Assembly: GCA_004022145.1 (NCBI GenBank)
Contig: RCNU01000007.1
Source: Paecilomyces variotii
Taxonomy: Eukaryota
DNA: 64,000 nucleotides
Direction: 5' to 3' (one strand)
In this document: piece after piece, positions 1 to 13,000 of the stretch
Numbering within the stretch: the first letter of the stretch is position 1
How the letters are laid out: each line of letters opens with the position of its first letter
Notes under the pieces: generated by a model
Told to the model about the DNA's origin: nothing
The model's database searches: none
Seen by the model: the letters and a program-made list of their open reading frames with translations, nothing else
Program-made: the position numbers and the translations under genes

Positions 1-748
1 AGGCTAGGCTATTTTTTTAATAGGCTAAATAGTCTTTTTAATAGACTAAATTATTTTCTTAATAAATTAAATAATTTTAATAGATTAGTTAGGCGGCAAG
101 GTAGACTAGACAGATTTTTTAAGCTAAATAGATTAATTTCTTAAAATAAGTTAGGTAAGTATTTTTATAAGTTTAATAAGATTTCTAGCTTTTTAAGCTA
201 TCAGATTAGTAAAGTAAATATACCTTACTATTTAATTCTTAATAATAGCTTCTAGTTTTAGAGATCTCTAAATCTATAGGTTAAGGTTCTCTTTCTTTAG
301 AACTATCTAGCTCTAATACTATAGCTATTTATCCCCCTTTTTAAGGAAATTCTCTAACCTCCTAGTTAGAATATTAGGCTTTATTCCTTATTTACTGGGT
401 TAGTATATAATTCAGAAGTTAAACTAGGATAAAAACTTAGATTAATAAGCCTATTACTAGTTTAGCAGCTTAATTAATATAAAATATTTTAAATTATAAT
501 AGTTTATAATAACTTTAATTAGTAATAGTATACCTTTAAGCTTAAAATACTATTCCTTAAAGCAGTAGATAATTGCTAGCAGTTCTTTATTATAAATCTT
601 ATAATTATACTCTATAGTAAAGAGCTTCTTTAAAAAAAATATAATAAAATATAGGATTCCTTTATTATTATATTAAGATATAACTTTAGCTAATATATAG
701 TTAGATAAGTTAGTTTTAATTATAACCTCGCGGGTCTAGTTAAATAGC

Positions 749-982
749 TGTTATAGTATTAGCATAGGGGATTATATAAGGAGTTATATAATCTCGCGAA
801 GATATCTTCAACGCACAGCTTAATCTAAATTTAAGCTCCTTAAGCTATATCTTATTTACTGAGCCTACTTATAATAGCCCGTTCTAGTCTAAATTAGCTA
901 AATAAAAATCCTATAATTAGTCCTAGTATTAACTACCTTATTTTATTTATTCTAACCTGCCTCCTAAGCCTATATTTTAATA
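749..982 (+). repeat. 5' LTR of inner Gypsy element
   Basis: Starts TGTTATAG and ends TTAATA (RIP form of ..AACA). Colinear with 6419-6652; the differences seen are transitions. Confidence 0.93.
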
Positions 983-3900
983 CTATATAGCTTCTATCTA
1001 GGAGTTAATACTATTAATAATATTTACCCTAATTCCTCTATTCCTGCTAATAATTCTAGGAGAGTTTATTAAGCATATTATTGCTAGCTATAAGCTAGAA
1101 TAATATAATTACTATTACCTAATATATAAATATATTAATAAAACTAAGACTACTATAAATAAAATAAATTATTAAACTAAGGTACGCTTCTAAGAGCTTT
1201 AGCAAGAATTTACCGCTATTTAATAAAAACTTAAATAAAAAATTACTAAACTTAAGGCCGTTTAATAATATTAAAAAACCTAGCTCTAAAAAAAAAAATA
1301 ACAATATATCTAGGCTATTTTTAAAAGAGATTAGGCTTATTATATAGTTATACTTACTATAAATACGCCTCTATTTATACCTAAACCTAAGTCTAATATT
1401 AAAAGGCCTGCAGCTGCTTTAATAGAAATATTTAAAATATCTATTATTATACCTTCCTCTGCCCCTAGACTTTTAAAAAAATTCCTTAACTTAAATAAGT
1501 TTAAAGGCGATTAAAAAGACCTTTAGCATTTTATAGCCTAGATTTAAGAGAAAATAATAATTAACTAAGACTAATTCTTAACTTCCCAAAGCTATATAGC
1601 CTATATAACTAATCGCTTAAAGGATATACCCTATACCTAAGTATTACTATATATTAGAGATAAGACTTATATTCTTAATAACTACTAAAAGATTCTAAAT
1701 ATCCTAGAATATATATTTAATAATCCTAATTATATAAATAATATATATAATAAACTATTTAACCTCTATTAAATTAATAAGGAATTTAAAATCTTCTTTG
1801 CTAAATTCTAGCGCCTAGCATTAAAAGGAGAAATACCTAAAAAAACATTATCTACCTTACTTAAGCAAGCTATTAATTAAGAACTTTAAGGAATATTATT
1901 ATATAATTAACCCCTAAATTATAAATATTACTAGTTTGCTAAATTCCTATAAAACCTTAAGAACTATTACTGCTAATATACTATAAACTAGCCCTCTATT
2001 ATAAAGACTTATATTACTATTTTAAAACCTATTTAATATACCTAGTCTCCCTTACTTATTCTAAATCTTACCCTAGCTGTAAGATATAATAACTAGCCCT
2101 AGAGAAACCTTATATAAAAAAGTAAATTAGCCCTAATATAGCTATATAATCTAATAAACCTAAGTACTTCTAGACGCCTAGGCGGGAGAGAATATAGCTT
2201 ATTATATTATAAAACTAGCGCCTGCTTTTATTATAGCTCCCTAAAATATTATATTAGAGATTACCTATATTTAGATAACCGCTAAAAGATTTAGACTATA
2301 GCTATATATAAACCCTATTCTTAAACTCCCTAGGCAATTTAGTTCCTAGACTTACACAATTTATCTCCTAGCCAGTCTTTAATAAAAAGAGTAAGCCTAA
2401 AATAAATTATAGCTAAGCTTAAGAACTGCATATTATCTAAATCTCTACTACTATTATTTATAGAATTAACCTTAAGAAATACCTATAATAATTAAAATTA
2501 ATAATACTGCCTATAATACTAGAAAAAAAGAAGAAAAAGATCTGCCTATTAACTTATACCCTGCTAAATACTAAAGCTAAAAGATAAAGATTTATAGACT
2601 AAAAATAGGCTAAAAATTAAAAGTTAAAGCCTATCCCCTTAAAGAGCCTAATTACTCTATATATATTTAATAGAAGAGAACTAGAGGATAAAAAGATTAT
2701 ATACTATATCTAGATAGATATAAGAATTAAAGATTACTTTAAAAAAGATGCTAAGTTCTATATTGTCTAATTAGCATATTACTTTATTATCTTAAGACTT
2801 CTCTAATTAAAATGCTATAATCTGTACTTATAATTTACTGCTTATAATATTGCTTTTAATAATAATTATTATTAAAAAAATTATAATATACCCCTAAAGC
2901 TAATTATAATATCTGCCCTATATAATATTCCCCTAAAGACTTTACTTTAATACCTGCTCCTAAGACCTAAAAGATTAAAAAAGAGAAATATAGCCTTTAT
3001 TTCTCTAGCCGCCTATTTTGCCTATATTTAAAGAAATGCCCAAATATTTATAATTACCTTAGAGGACCTAGATACTACTTTAAGGATTAAATAAGTCTAG
3101 GAAGAAGACCCTGCCCGCCTACTGCTTAAGAAGTTTAAGAATTATATTAATATCTTTTCTCCTAAGAAAGCTAAGCGCCTACTATTATATTATTCTTATA
3201 ACTATAATATTAAGCTGCTAAAAGAGAAGTTATTCCCCTTTAAACTCTTATATATTATATCCCGGGATAAATTAAAGATTTTAAAAGAATAAATTAAAAA
3301 AAACCTAAGGAAGGAATTTATTTACCTAAGCTTATTACCTGTTATATCCCTAATTTTATTTATTAAGAAGCTCAGTAAAGGGATATAGATTTGCATAAAT
3401 TATTAAGCCCTAAATATAATAACTATTAAAGACTAATATTCTCTACCCCTAACTAAGAAGACCCTAAATAACCTAAAAGAAATAAAGTACTTTATAAAGA
3501 TTAATATTATTTCCGCATTTAATAATCTTTATATTAAGAAGAGATAAGAATACTTAACTACTTTCTGCACCTAACTTAGCCTGTTTAAATTATTAATAAT
3601 ATTATTTAGCTTAATAGAAGTACTAGTAATATTTTAATAATTTATTAATAATACCCTATAAGATTACCTTAATATCTTTTATACCGCATACCTTAATAAT
3701 ATCTTAATATATAGTATAACTTATTCTAAATATATCTAATATATCTATATTATCTTATAAAAGCTATATAAAGCAGGCTTATATATAAAAATCTAGAAGT
3801 ATAAGTTTATTATCTTTAAGACTAAGTTCTTAAGCATTATTATTAGCTAAGACTGCATTAAGATAAACTTAGATAAGGTAAAAATAATCGCCGAATAGAG

Positions 3901-6418
3901 GACCCCGACCTATATAATTAATATATAAGCTTTTATTAGGTTTAGCAACTTTTACTATTAGTTTATTTATAACTTTTCTAAAATAATTATACTGCTTATA
4001 AATTTAACCCAAAAAAAAGTTCCCTTTAATTAAATACTTGCCTATTAGTTTAATTTTAAAGCCCTAAAAGAAGCATTTATTTAAGCCCTAATCCTAAAGC
4101 TATTTAACTAGACCCGCGAGGTTATAGTTAAAACTAACTTATTTAATTATATATTAACTGGAGTTATATCCTAGTATAATAATAAAGGAATCCTATATCT
4201 TATTATATTTTTCTTAAAGAAGCTTTCTGCTATAGAGTATAATTATAAGATTTATAATAAAAAACTATTAGCAATTATTTGCTATTTTAAGGAATAGCGC
4301 CCTAAGCTTAAAAGTATACTATTGCTAATTAAAGTTATTATAAATTACTATAATTTAGAATACTTTATATTAATTAAACTGCTAAACCAGTAATAGGCCT
4401 ATTAGTCTAAGTTCTTATTCTAGTTTAACTTCTGAATTATATATTAACTTAGAAAATAAGAAATAAAGCCTAATACTCTAATTAAGAGGTTAAAAAATCT
4501 TTTTAAAAAAGGAGATAAATAGCTATAGTATTAGAGCTAAATAGTTTTAAAAAAAGAGAACCTTAATCTATAGATTTAGAGATCCCTAAAACTAAAAGCT
4601 ATTATTAAAAGTTAAATAGTAAGGTATATTTACTTTATTAATTTAATAGCTTAAGAGATTAGAAATCCTGCTAAACTTATAGAAATACCTACTTAATCTA
4701 TTTTAAGAAATTAACCTATTTAGCTTAGAGAACCTGTCTAGTCTACCTTACTGCCTAATTAGTCTATTAAAATTATTTAATCTGCTAAAGAGATAATTTA
4801 GTCTATTAAAGAGATTATTTAGCCTATTAAAAAAGCAGCTTAGCCTATTAAATAAGACTAGTTAAGTTCCTCTGCTATGCCTAATAAACTAAAATATTTA
4901 CCTAGTATTAAAGACCTGCTAAATATAGCTTACTTATTTAATAACTTAATATAGTCTATTCTATAAGCCTTAGATTATAAAGCTAATTATTATCCTAAGA
5001 TTATACTAGCTAACTACTAATAAAAAGGAAGATACTTATATTATAGAGACTGCCTATATATTCTTAATTATAATAAGCTAAGAGCCTATCTATTATAAGA
5101 ATACTATAATAAGTATATACTTAAATACTCTAAAAAATATAAGCTTTATAACTTAATCTTATAAGAGTACTATTAGCTAAATATATATTAATATATAAAT
5201 TGCTAGACCTAGAACTGCTATATTTGCTGCTATATTATACTCTTAAATAAAGGCTGTTAAGGAGTTTTACGCTAGCTTTTTATCCTTAAATACTCTTAGC
5301 AAGATATCTTAATAAATTTTATTATTAGACTTATGCCTTACTAAGATTATAATATTATATTAGTTATTATAGACTAACTTATAAAAATAAGATATTTTAT
5401 TCCCTGCTAGGCTATTTATAATGCTAAAGGAGTAATATAATTATATATTTGTTATATATAAAAGCTTTATAGGCTACTAAAGACTATAATATTTAATTAA
5501 AGCCTTTAGTTTATTACTACTTTCTAGAAATACTTAACTTAATATCTAGATATTATAAACCTATTATTTATTACCTATTACTTTAAGACTAATAATTAGA
5601 TTAAAAAGATAAATACTATTTTAAAATAATATCTATATACCTATATTAGCTATTTATAAGATAATTAGGTTAATTAGCTACCTCTAGCTAAGTTTATATT
5701 AAACTCTTACTATTCTAAGACTATTAAAATATTGCTTTTTTTTACTAATTATAAATTCTATTTATATATAAGATTTAAGCCTATTTAGCCTATAAACTAG
5801 CCTATTATTAAAAATATTAAAGCCTTTACTAGAAAGATATAAGATATTATAAATTATATCTATACCTAAATTTATATTGCCTAAGCCTATTATAAAGAGT
5901 AGATTAATTATTATTAAACTCTAGCCTATTGCTATTATATAAAATAGTCTGTTTAATTAAATATTTAGAATATTTATATCTAATATCTTTAGAAGAAACT
6001 TAACTAGAAGAATTTTAGCCTATTCTATATTATTAAGGTTATTAGCCTATATATCTATTAGCTTAACCTGCCTGTCTTAATATATATCTATCTTATATTT
6101 AATATTAGCCTGCTCTGCTTTATTACTAAAAACCTTGTGCCTAAATAGAGATAATCTTTATTACTGCTTGTTAAAGTTAATAGCCTTAAAAAATAAGTTA
6201 TTAAAGATATTCTAGACTTTTAATAAAAATATTATAGGTATAAAAGCCCTTAACTATAATATATTATTAAGTGGTTAGGTTATAATAACCTAACTAAAGA
6301 GCCTGTGTATTATCTATAATATGCTTAAAAGATTATTATAAACTTCTATTATCGCTATTTAAATAAGTTAAAGCCCGGAGATAGTCTTAATAGAGCTTAA
6401 CCTTAAGAAGGGGAGTAT

Positions 6419-6652
6419 TATTATAGTGTCAGTATAGGGGATTATATAAGGAGTTATATAATCTCGTAAAGATATCTTTAATGCATAGCTTAATCTGAAT
6501 TTAAGCTTTTTAAGCTATATCTTGTTTACTGAGCCTGCCTGTAACAGCTTATTTTAGTCTAAATTAGCTAGATAGAGATCCTGTAGCTAATCCTAGTATT
6601 AACTACTTTATTCTATTTATTCTGACCCGCCTCCTGAGCCCGTACCTTAACA
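6419..6652 (+). repeat. 3' LTR of inner Gypsy element
   Basis: Follows the polypurine tract, ends CCTTAACA and is followed by TSD ATAGC. Confidence 0.93.
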
Positions 6653-9600
6653 ATAGCTTTAGAATTAAGGCTTAAATAAATGCTTCTTTTAGGGCTTTAA
6701 AACTAGACTAATAGGCGGGTATTTAATTAAAGGGAACTTCTTTCTAGGTTAAGCTTATAAGCAATATAATTATCCTAGAAAAGTTATAAATAAACTAATA
6801 ATAAAAATTGCCGAACCTAATAAAGGCTTATATATTAATTATATAGGTTGGGGTCTTTTATTTAGTAATTATTTTTACTTTATCTAAGTCTATCTTAATA
6901 TAGTCCCGGCTAATAATAATGCTTAAGAACTTAGTCTTAGAGATAATAAACTTATACTTCTAAATCTTTATATATAGGCCTGTTTTATATAGCTTTTATA
7001 AAATAGCATAGATATATTAAATATATTTAAAATAAGTTATATTATATATTAAGATATTATTAAGATATATAATATAAAAGATATTAAGATAATCTTACAG
7101 AGTATTATTAATAAACCTTTAAAATATTGCTAATACTTCTATTAAGCCAAATAGTATTACTAATAATTTAAATAAGCTAAGTTAAATATAGAAGGCAGTT
7201 AGATATTCTTATCCTTTTTTAATATAAAGGTTATTAAATACAGAAATAATATTAATCTTTATAAAATATTTTATTCCTTTTAAGTTATTTAAGGTCTTTT
7301 TAGTTAAAGATAGAGAATATTAATCTTTAATAGTTATTATATTTAGGGCTTAATAATTTATATAGATCTATATTCCTCTATTAGACTTCTTAATAAATAA
7401 GATTAAAGATATAGTAGGCAATAAGCTTAGGTAGATAAATTCTTTTTTTAGGTTTTTTTTAATTTATTCTTTTAAAATCTTTAATTTATTCTAAGATATA
7501 GTATATAGAGGTTTAAAGGGGAGTAACTTCCTTTTTAATAACTTAATATTATAATTATAAAAATAATATAATAGCAGGCGCTTAGCCTTTTTAGAAGAAA
7601 AGATATTAATATAATCCTTAAACTCTTTAGGCAATAGGCAGGCAAGGTCTTTTTCCTAAACTTATTTAATCCTTAAAGCAGTATTTAGGTCCTTTAGAAT
7701 AATTATAAATATTTAAATATTTTTTTAAGTATAGATAGAATAAGCGGCTAAAAAAATAAAGGCTATATTTCTCTCTTTTAGTCCTCTAGGTCTTAGGAGT
7801 AAATATTAAGGCAAAGCCTTTAAGGAAATATTATATAGGGCAGGTATTTTAATTAGTTTTAGGGGTATATTATAATTCTTTTAATAATAATTATTATTAA
7901 AAGTAATATTATAAGTAATAAATTATAAATACAGATTATAGTACTTTAATTAGGGGAGTCTTAAGATAATAGAGTAATACACTAGTTAAATAATATAGAA
8001 CTTAGTATTTTTCTTAAAATAATTCTCAATTCTTATATTTATTTAGACATAATATATAATCTTCTTATTCTCTAATTTTCTTTTATTAAATATATATAAG
8101 ATAATTAGGCTCTTTAAGGGGATAGGCTCTAACCTCTAGTCTTTAGCCTATTCTTAATTTATAAATCCTTATCTTTTAGCTCTAGTATTAAGCAGGGCAT
8201 AAATTAATAAATAAATTTTCTTCTTTTTCTTTTCTAATATTATAGGCAGTATTATTGATTTTAATTATTATAAGTATTTCTTAAGGTTAATTTTATAAAT
8301 AATAGCGGCGGAGATTTAGATAATATATAATTCTTAAGCCTAGCCGCAATTTATTCTAGGCTTATTCTTTTTATTAAAGATTAATTAAGAGATAAACTAT
8401 ATAAGTTTAGGAACTAGATTGCCTAAAGAGTTTAAGGATAAGATTTATATATAGCTATAGTCTAAATCTTTTAGTAATTATCTAAATATAGGCAATTTTT
8501 AATATAATATTCTAGGGAGCTATAATAAAAACAGGCGCTAATTTTATAATATAATAGGCTATACTCTCTCTTACCTGAGTATTTAGAAATACTTAGGTCT
8601 ATTAAGTTATATAGCTATACTAGGGCTGATTTACTTTTCTATATAGGGCTTTTTTAAGGCTAATTATTATATCTTATAGCTAGAGTAGGACTTAGAGTAA
8701 GTAAAGGGGATTAAATATACTAAATAGGTTTTAAAATAGCAGTATAAATCTTTATAATAAAGGGCTAATTTACAGTATATTAGCAGTAATAGTTCTTAAA
8801 ATCTTGCAGGAATTTAGTAAATTAATAATACTCGCAACTTAAAGGCTAACTATATAATAATATTCTTTAGAGTTCTTAATTAATAGCTTATTTAAACAGG
8901 GTAAATAATATTCCTTTAAGTATTTCTCTTTTTAGCGCTAGGCATTAGAACTTAATAAAGAAGATTTTAAATTTTTTATTAATTTAATAAAGATTAAATA
9001 GTTTACTATATATATTGTTTATATAATTAAGATTATTAAATATATACTCTAAGATATCTAAAATCTCTTAATAATTATTAAGAATATAAGTTCTATCTCT
9101 AATATATAATAATACTTAGGCATAGGATATATTTTTTAAGTAGTTAGTTATATAGGCTATATAGCTTTAAAAAATTAAGAATTAGTCTTAGTTAATTATT
9201 ATCTTCCTTTAGATTTAGGCTATAAAGCGCTAAAAATCCTTTTAGTCGCCTTTAAACTTATTTAGGTTAAAGAGTCTCTTTAAAAATCTAAAGGTAAAAA
9301 AAGATATAATAATAAGCGCCTTAGACGCTCTTATTAGAGCAGCTGCAGGTTTTTTAATACTAGGCTTAAGTTTAAATATAAATAAAGGTATATTTATAGT
9401 AAGTATAATTATATAATAGGCTTAATCCCTCTTAAAAATAGTCTAGATATATTATTATTCTTTTTTCTAAAGCTAAGTCTTCTAATATTATTAGACAGCC
9501 TTAAGTTTAATAATTTCTTATTTAAGTCTTTATTAAATAATAGTAAATTCTTGCTAAAACTCTTAAAAATATACTTTAATCTAATAATTTATTTTATTTA

Positions 9601-9773
9601 CAATAATCTTAGCTTTATTAATATATTTATATGCTAGGTAATAGTAATTATACTATTCTGGCCTATAGCTAGTAGTAATATACTTAATAAACTCTCTTAG
9701 AGTTATTAGCAGAAATAGAGGAATTAGGGCAGGTATTATTAATAATATTAACTCCTAGATAAGAGCTATATAA

Positions 9774-10007
9774 TATTAAAATATAAGCTTAGGAAGTAGG
9801 TTAGAATAAATAAAATAAGGTAGTTAATATTAAGACTAGCTATAAGATCTCTATCTAGCTAATTTAAACTAGAATGGGCTATTGCAGGCAGGCTTAGTAA
9901 ATAAGATATAGCTTAAAGAACTTAAATTCAGATTAAGCTATGCGCTAAAGATATCTTCGCGAGATTATATAACTCCTTATATAATCCCCTATGCTAGCAC
10001 CGTAATA
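9774..10007 (-). repeat. 5' LTR of outer Gypsy element
   Basis: Reverse complement of the same 234-bp LTR (cccctatgctagcaccgtaata at its right end). Confidence 0.92.
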
Positions 10008-13000
10008 CTACTATTTAATATTATTCTGCTAATAATTCTAATAGTTTTATATTAATAATAGATTATTTTATAATAATAGAGGTCTAGAAAATATTAAATA
10101 TAATTATAGGTTAAAAGAGCTATTAAATTTATTTAGAGGTCTATTAATTTTACCTATTTTATAATAAGGATTATAATATTAGAATAATAGTTTAGAGATA
10201 TTCTTAGAATTAATTTTACTTAGCCTAATAATAAATAGCTTAAAGTTAATATTTAAATGCAGTATAATAAAGACCTTATTAAAAATTATATTTTAATTAT
10301 TAAATATAGGATTAATTAAGAGGCTAATTATTTTTAAATTTTATACTTTACTTACTAGAAATATATTCTAATTAAATATAAAGAGATTTAAGTAAGTATT
10401 TTTAAGCTAGTTTAATAATAGTTTTATTACTATTATAGTTACTTTTAATCTAGTTATTTTACTTAGTTAATTTTTATAATAATACTCTTCTTTTCTATTT
10501 ACTATCTTAGTTAGGACTTATTATAATATATAAAACTATATTAAAGCTTTTATTTTAAAAAAATCTTTAATAATAGTTTAATTTTAGTAAAATTAATAAA
10601 TTTAAAGAAATCTTCTCCTAGATTTTTATTAAAACTCTATTATTTTACTAGAGAATATAAATATAAAATATATATTTTATATCTATTATTATTAAGCGCT
10701 AGTAAAATATTATTATATAAGCTAATATTCTTTCTTCTTAAATATTATTACTTACTTAAGCTATTATATAGTCTAGAGAATTTAATTTAAACTTATTCTC
10801 TTTAACTAATAGCTATATAAACTATTAATACTATTATAATATAATAGTTAAGGCTAGTAAATTATAGAGAGAATATATAAGAAATTCTCTTATAAGAGAG
10901 TATAAAATAATTATATATAAAGTTATAAAGAATAATTAGCCTAGTAGAAGAGTTTTTATACTAAAATAATTTAATTAACTTAATTAATTAACTAACTATA
11001 TTATAAGAATATATTAGTTCTATTTCTTATATTTTAATTCTTATTCTAAGTTATATCTTCTTTTAAAGCTAATATAAATTATCTTCTTTTTTATTCTTTT
11101 TAACTAATATACTCTATAAATAATATAAAAGATTCTCTTATAAGAGAATTAGCTTAATTATAGAGCCTTTATACTCTTAGAATAGCCCTTAGCTATTTTA
11201 TATATTTATATAGCTAATTTTATTTTAATAAAAAGTAAGATCCTTAATTTTTTCTTTTTTTTTTCTTGCTTATTTTAATAATAGCTTTTTATTTAAGTAA
11301 TAGAATCTTCTTATCTAGATAATAGAATCTTTTTACTTAAGTAAGAGAATTTTCTTAATAAGTAATAGAATTTTCTTATCTAAGTAATAGAAGTCTCTTA
11401 CCTAGGTAATAAGAGCTTATTTAAGGGCGACTTTTTAATCCCTAACTTAAATTACTCGTATAAGATCTCCCTAGTATTTATAGTATTACTTATAGACTAT
11501 TATATTATTTATATAAATATTAATATAACTCTATATTATTTATTTATAAGTTAAAAAGTAATTTTATTTATTAATTTAGAAATCTTTATATAATCTATAC
11601 TTTTATAAAAGACTATTTAAACTATTATTAACTTACTTACTATAAGAGCTTATTAAATAAAATAATATAATTAAGACCTTAAAGAAATAGCTATATATTT
11701 AAAGTATATATATAAGTAAAATAAGAAATATTTTAATAACTATTATAATATTTATATTAAAGAACTTAAAAATAAGTCTTTAGTATTACTTTATAATATA
11801 TAAAGAGAAAATAATATATCTTATTTAAATAAGCTAGCCTTTTATTAGCTTAGCTTATATTATATATATAAGGTTCTATAGGATTTAAAATCTTATTATC
11901 TTAAAAAACTAAATAGTATATTATTAAATAGAACTATTAGTAAGAATTAATTAAAGGGCTTTATCTCTAGGTCTAATAAGACTATTAGCTTTTTAAATAG
12001 AGGAAATAATACCTTTAAAATAAGTAGTACTATTAAGATAAACTATATATTTAAAGATAAATAAGAAGATAATAGGGCTAAATTAAGTAATATAAATACT
12101 AAAGCTATAGTAAAAGACTAGATTTTACCTAGATAAAATATAGCTATAATTATTAATCCGACTTATTCTAATTAATAAAATTACTTAATTAGCTAAATTT
12201 ATATAATAGTAATTATTCTTATTTAAGAATTTATCTTAAGTAATAAGTTTATATATAGTAAATTTAATATCTCTCTAGATCTTAAGTTCTTATTTTTTTT
12301 TTCTTTTTTTATTCTTCTTAAACCTTTAAGCTAATTATTTTATTATACTTACTATTATTATTATTTTAAAGAGTTATTATTTATTTATTTATTACTTAAT
12401 AAGATATTTATTAAATTTATTTTTTATTCTCTATTATTTTAAAAAGATTATAATTAATTTTAGCTTTAATTAAAGATAATAGAAAGAAGTTAAAATCTTA
12501 CTATTTTATTAATAAATATATTCTCTTTTTTCTCTTATTAAATAGTTTCTTTTATTATTTTACTTTCTCTATTTTATTTCTCTATAATTATATTATATTA
12601 TTAAATTACTTCTTACCTTACTATATCTGCGCTTATATTAACTAGCTAAAATAATATTTTAATAATTAATAATATTTAGTTCTCTTCTCTATAAGAAGCT
12701 ATTAGCTTTATTAATTAATAATTAATAACTCTTTAATATAGTTATTAGCTTTAGCTAATTACTATATTATACTAGAACTATAAAACTATAAATAATCTCC
12801 TTATATAACTATAGGAATATATTAAATCCTTTTAAGCCTAATTATATATTATTAATGCTAAATAATTTTAAAATAATTTTAAAGATATTAAGGCTATTTA
12901 TAAAAAAGTTAATAATAAGAAGAAATAGATTAAGAATATAAAAAGAAATATTATAAATAAGTAGGGCTTTAAGAATATAAAGCTTATATAATATTATATT

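Larger units (their letters stand above)
749..6652 (+). mobile_element. Full-length Ty3/Gypsy chromovirus-type LTR retrotransposon, RIP-inactivated
   Basis: Two 234-bp LTRs and a 5-bp TSD ATAGC (744-748, 6653-6657). Purine tract aagaaggggag just before the 3' LTR. Motifs restored by reversing C>T/G>A changes: gag CX2CX4HX4C ~2220-2267, protease LLDTGA ~2560-2580, RT YLDD read as tac ctt aat aat at 3689-3700, integrase HHCC ~5103-5230, chromodomain-like (Y.VKWLGY...T.EP) ~6260-6305. Confidence 0.95.
1..10007 (-). mobile_element. Ty3/Gypsy LTR retrotransposon, RIP-inactivated outer copy; interrupted by the element at 749-6652; its 3' part runs off the window start
   Basis: 1-748 and 6658-9773 are the reverse complement of the inner element. 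Joined across the insertion they rebuild the sequence at ~4066-4126 (aaaagaagcatttatttaagccctaatcctaaagctatttaactagacccgcgagg). A 5' LTR lies at 9774-10007. Confidence 0.93.

Noticed and set aside
11293-11415. CRISPR-like array
   Set aside because: Head-to-tail degenerate units without unique spacers, in eukaryotic DNA with no cas genes.
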